Position numbers and translations under genes: made by a program. Below, in pieces: positions 19,180-27,000 of a stretch of 64,000 nucleotides of DNA. The notes under the pieces are model-generated. The model saw only the letters and a list, made by a program, of their open reading frames with translations, did not search any database and was not told where the DNA came from. The DNA is taken from positions 1,462-65,461 of the forward strand of contig CBDEVQ010000089.1 of NCBI GenBank assembly GCA_965243605.1, read 5' to 3'. Numbering within the stretch: position 1 is the stretch's first letter; every line of letters starts with the position of its first letter. The DNA comes from Flavobacteriales bacterium (lineage in GTDB: Bacteria; Bacteroidota; Bacteroidia; Flavobacteriales; CAJXXR01).

Positions 19180-19989
19180 TTATGAAGTATGTTCGATATG
19201 TAGTGGATAGTTAGCTGTTAATACTTCAACCTTTCTATCTCGTTGTTTTCCATTTGTAGATTTTTTAGCAGATAGTGGTTTTTCAAAGTGTATACTCTGC
19301 CAATTATTTTTCTTGATAAATTCAGATAGAATATCACTTGGATATGAGCTTAAGAGAAACTTCCCTTTTACATTCTCCAAGCAGGATAATAGTTTGGTGT
19401 AGTCTTCTTCTGTATAGCCTCCATAGCTCCCCTGATTTGAATTAATGTATGGAGGATCAACATAATGGAAAGAGTCCAAGGTATCTCTTGCTTCTATAAC
19501 GGAAATGGCGTCTTTGTTTTCTATCTGAGCATGTTCAAGTCGATCGACTAGATCTGTATTAAAGATGAGTTTCTTGTTTCTCAGAGCCTTAACGCGTTTT
19601 CCATATTTATCATAGCCCCAAGACCCACCTGCCTTACAAGCAAATCCCATATTAGTAGAGATATAAAACGCCCATGCTTGTTGTAGTCTATCGAACAAAT
19701 GCGGCATCCTATAAATCGTATTGGCAACGATATAGCTCGAGCGTGAAAAGAGCGTGGATTCTATTTTCTTTTTTAGATTTACAAAGTCTGTTTTAAGAAC
19801 TTCATAAAAGTTAACAACAAGGGCGTTTGTGTCATTAATCGTTTCAGATTCTACGGATTGTTTTGCAAAGAATACCGCTCCTCCTCCAAAAAATGCTTCA
19901 GTATATATTCTATGGTTTGGGATTCTTGGAAGGATTTCCTTAAGCATATTAAGTTTTCCTCCGTAATAGGTTATTGCTGTCTTGGGCAT
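19180..19989 (-). CDS. Dam-like N6-adenine DNA methyltransferase (D12 class)
   Basis: The N-terminal YYGGK..L and FFGGGAVFF (AdoMet site) plus the catalytic HYVDPPY motif. Confidence 0.85.
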   Translation of the reverse strand: MPKTAITYYGGKLNMLKEILPRIPNHRIYTEAFFGGGAVFFAKQSVESETINDTNALVVNFYEVLKTDFVNLKKKIESTLFSRSSYIVANTIYRMPHLFDRLQQAWAFYISTNMGFACKAGGSWGYDKYGKRVKALRNKKLIFNTDLVDRLEHAQIENKDAISVIEARDTLDSFHYVDPPYINSNQGSYGGYTEEDYTKLLSCLENVKGKFLLSSYPSDILSEFIKKNNWQSIHFEKPLSAKKSTNGKQRDRKVEVLTANYPLHIEHTS

Positions 19990-20085
19990 TGAATAATTAA
20001 AGCTTAATCGAGTAATCTTTAAAGAACTGATTTAATCTTATTATTCTATGTTCTATCTTTTCATATAGACCAAGGGAATTGCACT

Positions 20086-21270
20086 CTATATTTCAAACTT
20101 GCTTTGGTGAATTCCTCTTGCAGAGAAAGCTCTAGATGGCGCACCTTGAATCATCATCTTGATATAGAATTCTTGGTTTTGAAGATTAATAAAGTCATCC
20201 GAGCAAAAGATGGGATGAAATTCTTTTTCCATAAGTTTTGCGTCTTGATAAGACAATCTAAAGGAAACAATGCTCCCCACGTTACCCAGTACAGCGTCTC
20301 TAATAGCGGGCTCTAGCTGGTTTAAGTACTGATGAGCCATAATGACTCCTATTTTGAATTTACGAAGCTCAGAAAGCATTTCTATTAGCGATAGGTTGGT
20401 ATAATTTTGAAATTCATCAAAGTATAGAAAGAATGGGCGGCGTCTTTCTTCTGGAGTGTCGATACGACTAAAAGATGCTGAGCTTAGAGCAGTCACCAGT
20501 AAAGAGGCAAGAATATATGCAGGCTCTTTCCCGATGCTTCCCTTTGATACATTAACCAGCAAAACCTTCCCTTCATCCATAATTCTTCGCAAGGAAATTT
20601 GCCTCTTGTTATCGATAAGGATTCTTTTGAGCGAAGGATACAACAAGAGCCCTCCAATTTTATTATAGATTGGCAGAAGATCGTTTTTGCTGTAGCTTGG
20701 AAATTCCTTATTCCAAAAATCAAGAATATGTTTATTTTGAACATGAGCTAAACAACGCGCTCGGAAATCCATATCGTGCAGAATCTTTGTGATATCTGAA
20801 AAATTAGAATCTGCTTGAACAAGGAGTGTTAAAAGTATATTTCGTAGAATGTGAGCCAACTTTATTCCCCATGCCTGTTTACCCCAAACCCTTTGAAAAG
20901 TTTCCAGGATACTTGATACAACTAAAGCTTGTTTTTCTTTTGATACTTTTCGAAGTGGATTATATCCAAAGCTCATGTTTGTGTCTGTTGCATCAAGGTA
21001 AATTAATTTACTTTTTGGAACTTGTGTTTTAACTTTTTGAATTAAGTCTCCATGGATATCAATAAGACATAGACCTCTTGAGTAGAGGATGTCTTGCAGG
21101 ATTTTTGTATGTAACAATGTTGTTTTTCCAGTTCCTGTTTTACCCAAGACATAGAAATGGTGTAAGCGATCTTTTTGTAATATTCCAAAAGATGTATTGG
21201 TATTTCGGAAATTGGTTTTACCAAAATATGAAAGTGAAGCCTTGAATTGCATGACTACATTTTTAATCAT
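20086..21270 (-). CDS. Soluble P-loop ATPase of the T4CP / TraD / HerA-FtsK type
   Basis: Walker A VLGKTGTGKTTLL, Walker B FFLYFDEFQNY, then LRKFKIGVIMAHQYLNQL. No N-terminal transmembrane segment. Confidence 0.7.
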   Translation of the reverse strand: MIKNVVMQFKASLSYFGKTNFRNTNTSFGILQKDRLHHFYVLGKTGTGKTTLLHTKILQDILYSRGLCLIDIHGDLIQKVKTQVPKSKLIYLDATDTNMSFGYNPLRKVSKEKQALVVSSILETFQRVWGKQAWGIKLAHILRNILLTLLVQADSNFSDITKILHDMDFRARCLAHVQNKHILDFWNKEFPSYSKNDLLPIYNKIGGLLLYPSLKRILIDNKRQISLRRIMDEGKVLLVNVSKGSIGKEPAYILASLLVTALSSASFSRIDTPEERRRPFFLYFDEFQNYTNLSLIEMLSELRKFKIGVIMAHQYLNQLEPAIRDAVLGNVGSIVSFRLSYQDAKLMEKEFHPIFCSDDFINLQNQEFYIKMMIQGAPSRAFSARGIHQSKFEI

Positions 21271-21298
21271 TTCCTTGGAACATATAGGTCAAGGAATT
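21271..21298. promoter_or_regulatory. TTCCTTGGAACATATAGGTCAAGGAATT motif immediately upstream of the ATPase gene
   Basis: The 7-bp arms TTCCTTG/CAAGGAA enclose ATATAGGTCA. Shares CCTTGGA..ATATAGGTCA with 2529-2549, and ATATAG.(C/T)CAAGG with 15923 and 20063. Confidence 0.5.
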
Positions 21299-21359
21299 TT
21301 GCTTAAAGAAGAAAACCTCATGCATTGATGTACATGAGGTTTTATGTGGGGAATTATAT

Positions 21360-21593
21360 CTATTTAAGAATCTTCTTCTTTTCTTTTTTGGAATAGTGAT
21401 AAATAATATTCGGAATAAAAAAGAGGTAGCAAAAACAGACCGCTAAGATAATATGAACTGTTGTTGAAGCTGTACTTCGAGTGAGCAAAAAATACTCTGG
21501 TGTTTCTTCTTTTAGATTCCAATCATTCGCCATATACATCTTCATGTCTCTTATGGCTTCTTCCCTTCTTTTGTCTGTGTTTTGATCAGTCAT
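21360..21593 (-). CDS. Small membrane protein
   Basis: One hydrophobic helix. A hairpin (21312-21343) follows the stop. Confidence 0.45.
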   Translation of the reverse strand: MTDQNTDKRREEAIRDMKMYMANDWNLKEETPEYFLLTRSTASTTVHIILAVCFCYLFFIPNIIYHYSKKEKKKILK

Positions 21594-21596
21594 AGT

Positions 21597-22367
21597 TTAG
21601 CGTTGTTTTGAGTGTATTTGTTTTTTGATTTCCTCTAATTCTCTTGTATCAATATGATTCCATACTTTTTCCATGGCACCTTTATAGTATTCTTCTAAAG
21701 CCATCGTTACGGGGTTATATACATTTGGATCTTGATCTAAGAGTTCTTTGTATTTTGGCTGGCTATACCAGCGCGTCATGGGTTCTCCAAATTGCACCTC
21801 CTTAGCTTCAAGCTCAATGCTTTTCTTAAAGAACTTTTCTTTATCTATGGGATCCATAATGGTCAGGTTTAATTTTCCTGAAATATGAACTCCTCCATAG
21901 GCTCGATAATAGCTTTGACCTCCCGTATAGCTTGGGAAGGTTTTGAATCGATAGTTCTTGCGTTCTTTTAGTTCGATATGAACTAACACAAGCATGTCTG
22001 AGTTTTGTTTTTCTGAATACACCATTTCATCATGTGTTGAAAATGGTCCGATGATCGTCACACCCTTGCTTGTCAAAATTTCTTCCAAGTCATTACTCAC
22101 GGCTGCTTTAAAGTCAACATATGGAGGTTTACGGAGTCTCATTTTATCTGTTAGACTTAAACCCCTTGAATCAAATGCTGTTTTTATCAAGGCGATCTTA
22201 ATCCCCTTTGAGTTTATCTGCTCTCTTGTAGGCGGAGTAAAGTCAAAGCTTGGAATATGCTTTGGAGGAATTGGTGCTTTAGTTGTTAGGCAAGACCCCA
22301 GAACAACTAGAGTTAAAAGCAATAATAGCTGTTTCATATATTTATTTTTTCGTTTGAGAATGTTCAA
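21597..22367 (-). CDS. Lipoprotein, unknown function (probable start MKQLLLLL at 22337)
   Basis: Lipobox LVVLGSC. Confidence 0.6.
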   Translation of the reverse strand: MNILKRKNKYMKQLLLLLTLVVLGSCLTTKAPIPPKHIPSFDFTPPTREQINSKGIKIALIKTAFDSRGLSLTDKMRLRKPPYVDFKAAVSNDLEEILTSKGVTIIGPFSTHDEMVYSEKQNSDMLVLVHIELKERKNYRFKTFPSYTGGQSYYRAYGGVHISGKLNLTIMDPIDKEKFFKKSIELEAKEVQFGEPMTRWYSQPKYKELLDQDPNVYNPVTMALEEYYKGAMEKVWNHIDTRELEEIKKQIHSKQR

Positions 22368-22384
22368 ATATATAAATAAATTTT

Positions 22385-22410
22385 AAATTACTACTTACAA
22401 GTAGTAATTT
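22385..22410. promoter_or_regulatory. Perfect palindrome AAATTACTACTT-AC-AAGTAGTAATTT in a divergent promoter region
   Basis: 12-bp perfect arms, between the minus-strand lipoprotein gene and the plus-strand XRE gene. Confidence 0.5.
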
Positions 22411-22453
22411 ATAGATGGTAACAAATAAATAGTTTATCCTTTTTATTTGCCTT

Positions 22454-22723
22454 ATGGTTAAAAAAGATAAAGAAACAGAGATTCAACTTGAGAATCTTGG
22501 TAAACGCTTACAAGAACTCAGAAAGGCAAAGGGCTATAGCAATTATGAATTATTTGCTTTTGATAATGGTATTCCTCGTGCTCAATATGGACGATACGAA
22601 AACGGACAAGACTTAAGGTTTAGTAGTTTATGTAAACTTGCTAAGGCTTTTGGCATAAGTCTTGAAGAGTTTTTCAGTGAAGGGTTTGAAATCGATGAAA
22701 TTGAGCAAAAGAAAAAACCATAG
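22454..22723 (+). CDS. XRE-family HTH regulator
   Basis: LGKRLQELRKAKGYSNYELFAFDNGIPRAQYGRYENGQD. Confidence 0.8.
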   Translation: MVKKDKETEIQLENLGKRLQELRKAKGYSNYELFAFDNGIPRAQYGRYENGQDLRFSSLCKLAKAFGISLEEFFSEGFEIDEIEQKKKP

Positions 22724-22739
22724 CAGTTATGGTTTTTTC
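22712..22739 (+). terminator. Rho-independent terminator
   Basis: AACCATA-GCAGT-TATGGTT followed by TTTTT. Confidence 0.55.
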
Positions 22740-22844
22740 TAGATTCTAATTATTCTTTGTGGTTTTATAAAAATTTATTTTTCCGAATCTGTGTATCAAA
22801 AGAGTAGCTATACAAATAATTACCAACTAATTGAGACAGCAAGA

Positions 22845-23096
22845 TTATAGATCAAATAAAATTAAAATAGCGAATAAAATAAGCACAAGACCGCTAAACA
22901 AAAAACGTAAACCTCTTACATATTTGGCATAATTATACCATTCTTTTCCTACATAAGGGCTACCCTCATCTTCTTTCCAGCATCCTTTCTGAAGTTTTTC
23001 TACATATCCTTTTTGAAAAACAACCCTAAAACCAAACACAGAGAAAAGGATTCCGACAAGTAGCATCATGTAAGGTATTTTATTTTCTAGTGACAT
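22845..23096 (-). CDS. Small two-helix membrane protein (immunity candidate)
   Basis: Hydrophobic N- and C-terminal helices; downstream of the RHS toxin gene. Confidence 0.5.
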   Translation of the reverse strand: MSLENKIPYMMLLVGILFSVFGFRVVFQKGYVEKLQKGCWKEDEGSPYVGKEWYNYAKYVRGLRFLFSGLVLILFAILILFDL

Positions 23097-23124
23097 ATTA
23101 TTTCCTCTTAAATCATTAGAATAA

Positions 23125-23721
23125 CTATTCTTCGATAAGATTTCTGTCTAAAATATATTTAGTATCAGGAATCATAGTTACTTCATAATAACGACCTTGC
23201 TTAAAGCGAAGTCCTGTAAACCACATTCTAAGTTTACCCAAGTTTTCAAATTCAACATTTTGAACAGTAAATTTTGATGTTCCTGTCCCAGCCCTAGCTT
23301 TTACAACTAGATCTGTTTCTGTAACTGGTTTTTTATTTTGAATGTATAAATAATCTATTCCTTTAATGGAATATGAAAGAAACCAAGATGCTAGAATTCC
23401 AAAACCTATAATACCTATAATCATCACGATACGACCTATTACTTTAACTGTCTTCGGTGATAGCTTTTGAAGATTTTTAGGTCCTGTTGCTATTTTTCCT
23501 ACTTCAGGCTCTCTAAAAAAGAGCGCTGTAATAGAAATTAACACTATTAGTAAAAGCGCTATAGATAAAATTACTATTGACCAGAATCCGTGCTCCCATC
23601 TAGTATCAAAAAAAGATCTTGATATGGCTGGTAGTATAAACATGACAATCCCTCCAAAACCCAATATATAGCTTGCTAAAACATCTATTCTCTTATTTAT
23701 CTTTTTCTGTTTTGTATTCAT
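23125..23721 (-). CDS. Polytopic membrane protein (immunity candidate)
   Basis: At least three hydrophobic helices; downstream of the RHS toxin gene. Confidence 0.55.
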   Translation of the reverse strand: MNTKQKKINKRIDVLASYILGFGGIVMFILPAISRSFFDTRWEHGFWSIVILSIALLLIVLISITALFFREPEVGKIATGPKNLQKLSPKTVKVIGRIVMIIGIIGFGILASWFLSYSIKGIDYLYIQNKKPVTETDLVVKARAGTGTSKFTVQNVEFENLGKLRMWFTGLRFKQGRYYEVTMIPDTKYILDRNLIEE

Positions 23722-23798
23722 GTTAATTTACTCAGATTTATTTTCTGAGCTATTACTATTCTTCTTGTCATTTCTAGATATTCCATCCATGATACCTT

Positions 23799-24044
23799 TT
23801 ACTTAAGCTCAATAAAATACATAGCAAAGAATAATAAACAAAGAAGACCTATTCCTACCAGTTTTGCCAAGTATACAGAAGACCAGCTATCAAAACTCCA
23901 TTGTTTTAATATTGGTATTTTTGAAAATCTTTTTCTAATTGAGTCTCTAAAGAAATCCTTTTGACTTTTTTTTTCTAAAGTAAAAGCAAGAATGATCAGA
24001 ATGATACCTATTAAACCTATTGTTGAATGTATTAAGAAATTCAT
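23799..24044 (-). CDS. Small two-helix membrane protein (immunity candidate)
   Basis: Starts 2 nt after the RHS stop codon. Confidence 0.5.
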   Translation of the reverse strand: MNFLIHSTIGLIGIILIILAFTLEKKSQKDFFRDSIRKRFSKIPILKQWSFDSWSSVYLAKLVGIGLLCLLFFAMYFIELK

Positions 24045-24046
24045 AA

Positions 24047-27000
24047 TTATTTTTCATTATTTTTAACCTTATTGTTTGTTTTTTGTTTTTGTATCTTTTT
24101 ATCACTCTCACCAGAATCAGAGAGATTTCCAAGCAATGCATCAGCAGCTGTATTAATAGACTCATTAAGGTCAAAAATTGTACTTGCCTTTCTACTCAAT
24201 AGCTCAGGTACGAATACTGCTGCTGTATTTTTAAGGAGATCAACAGAAGAGCCCTGCTCGTTATCTTGGAAATCTCCAAAACTTTCAAATAAATTTCCCA
24301 CTTCTGGTAAAACCTGACCTCCTGAATGCACAAGAACCGCACCCTCTAGCCCCTTAGCAAAAGCATACTTTAGACCTATTCCAGTCGCAGCATCTGCTGA
24401 TAATACGGACAAGGTTGCCGCACCACTAGCTAATGCAGGAGCAGCAAATGCACCTGCTGTAATACCAACAATAGGTCCAGCTACGCCAGGATTTGATATC
24501 GCAAAATCATATGCCTGACTATCATCAGATAATTGAGCAGCTGCTTGCCCAATCTCTAAGGTAAAATCATTAAATGATTGTTGCCCTGTTGCATATTCTT
24601 TAAACCACTCTCCATTTTCATCTATGTATCGAACTGGATTATTTCTTGCGTATGAATAAACATTATGTGATTGCGGATCTCCAAGATACTTTTTAGGTTC
24701 AATTTTAGAAATTTCTTTCATTTTATTAGTATCTCCAAGTGCTAATCCGACTGGATCCTGACTAATAAACCTCCCAACATCACCCTTGTAATACCTCGCT
24801 CCGGCATACTGCAAATCAGTAGCCTCGTCTTTGGTATATCCTGTATATTGTTTTGATTCGTCACTGTTTCCTGTTTCGGTATGTGTGTCTCCGAATGGAT
24901 AATATACAAATGATTTGGTCGGTGCTCCTGATTGATCAGTTGTAATTTCCGTACCACCGAGGTGATCGGTATATACATATTCAAGTGTACCATCTACCAC
25001 ACTTGCGACATATGAGTCTCCTAGATTAAGTGATAGTTTGATTGATCCACTTTCACTTTCGTAATCTGAGCTTGGGTACAATGTTGTTATTCCATTTTCT
25101 ACAAGCTTGATTCTTTGTTTTGATTCATCGTAGCTGTAACTTGAGTTTGATCCTCCGTTGGTAGATGTACGAAGTGTATTGTCATAGTTCCAAGAATGGT
25201 TCCATGTGCTGTCGCTTGTTAGGTTTCCACTATTATCATAACTATAGTTTTGTCCGTTAAGACTTGCTAGAGCATGAGGGTTTGCGTTACTTTGCGCGTT
25301 TGCGTAAACGTAAGTGTTGATAGGGTTTGTTCCATCAGACATCATCATGATATTTCCAATCGGAGAATATTCATAGAGACGAGAATATGATTCATCATTT
25401 CCAGCATAATCATACATTCGTGTTTCTTTGAGTCGGTACAAATCATCGTATGAATACACTTGGGTATGCTTTGTGTCATTGTCTGCCGTTCGTTCAATCT
25501 TGAGAATGTTTCCTACGTTATCATAATCGTATGAAATATTTTGAAGTTCGTTTCCGTTTGAAAGTGAAATTTTCTTTTTCAGTTCGTAGAGATTATTCTC
25601 ATCAAAATGATATTGTGTTTGACTACCATTTTGATAGTTCACCTTGGTTGCTTTACCATGTACACCGTACTCAGCATTCGCAATTTGGTTTCCGTTATGG
25701 GCAAGGCTTGTGGCTTCGCTATATGGTGAATAGCTGTAGTTTACGTTGTCTCCATTTGGATAAGTTGTAGCTAGTAGTCTTCCCTGTTTGTCATATGAAT
25801 AATTGAAACTAAAGTTTTGTGAATCGATAGTTTTTGATTCAGTTTTTAGTTTTCCGTCCTTGTAATAGGAAAGGTTTTTAGCAATATCATTTGTTTGAAC
25901 TGAACACAGTTTTCCAATTCCAAAGGAACAAGAATCATAGCTAAGTGTTTTTTCAATTCCTGAAAGTGAATCATTGTCTTCCTTGAGGATTCTTCCTAGT
26001 TCGTCATAAGTGAAACTTGTTGTTGATCCGTTTGGATTTGTTTCCGAAATTAAGTCCCTATCGTTGTAGGTGTAATCCCAGATTCCAAAACTTGAGTCGC
26101 CTTGTTTATGGAGGTCTTCAAGTTTTGTTCGTCGCCCTAATCCATCATATGAAATGTTTCTAATATTGTCCTCTGCGTCAGTTATTTTCGTCAGAAGAGA
26201 AAGAGGGTTGTATTCATAAAAAGTTTTATATACTGAATCATTATCATATTCATTGACTTGAACAAGATTTGAGAATGCATCGGTAATAAGATCCTTTTTG
26301 TTTCCGAGTGTATCTTTTATCTCTGTTGTAAATCCATCGTATGAGGTTTGTGTTGATCCTTTTACATTTTCTGTTTCTGTTACACGTGCAAGGGCATCGT
26401 ATGTGAATTTTGTATAAAGACTTGAGTCAGCATTAAATCCATCAAAGTGACCATCCTCTGAATGGTATGGAAGTGAGGTTCTCTCAAGTTCCCCTTGGTT
26501 GTTGTATACAGAATCAATGACCCTATAATCTCCTTCTGTCCCTGTTTTTGTTTGAATTGTTCGACCTAAGCCATCAATGAAAGTGTGTGTTATTAGGTCT
26601 TCTGAAACACCGTTGTGAACTCTTTGAGCAACAACCCGTGGGAAGTCAAAGTCATCATATTGATAGCTTTGCAAGGTTTCTACTCCTGCGTCAGCAACTG
26701 TTTGTTTTGTTTCAATGAGTCGACCAAAAGCATCATACTCGTTTGTGCTTTGGGTTCCGTTTTCTGTTGTTGTTGAGATCACTTTTCCAAATGCAGTATC
26801 GTATTCATATTGCGTCGTGTGACCCAAGCTATTTGAAACAAGCGAAGGATACATATGATACTGATCGTATTCAATATTTGTTACATTTCCAAGTGGATCA
26901 ATTTGTTTGATAACTTGCCCTATCTGATTGTATTCAAATTTTTCTGTTGAGTAATCAGATCCTGAAATCCATGATGAGGTCTTTATTCTATTCCCTGTTT

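Larger units (their letters stand above)
1..22723. mobile_element. Composite integrative/mobilizable region: tyrosine integrase + relaxase + T4CP module, cargo, then a serine recombinase module. Ends not determined; the left att site is outside the window.
   Basis: Co-occurrence of two recombinases, a relaxase, a MobC-like protein, two T4CP-type ATPases, a Rep-O-like protein, XRE regulators and an orphan methyltransferase. A related CCTTGGA..ATATAGGTCA motif occurs at 2.53 kb and 21.27 kb. Confidence 0.55.

Noticed and set aside
10015-19989. Type I/III restriction-modification system formed by the ResIII-type helicase and the Dam-like methyltransferase
   Set aside because: The genes are 5 kb apart and separated by regulator, replication and recombinase genes and by terminators. 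The methyltransferase is a stand-alone D12 type, not a Mod or HsdM subunit.
21994-22386. 130-aa plus-strand ORF and similar overlapping ORFs. Examples: 1448..1630, 2299..2601, 3306..3515, 4340..4686, 11932..12162, 16404..16631, 20104..21224 set, 23947..24174, 39690..39899, 51290..51577, 53961..54221, 56295..56797, 57561..58192, 59424..59914, 60443..60694.
   Set aside because: They are shadow ORFs opposite to, or out of frame with, better-supported genes in AT-rich DNA.
1-22723. Prophage
   Set aside because: No terminase, portal, capsid, tail or lysis genes. The relaxase and T4CP point to a conjugatively mobilised element instead.
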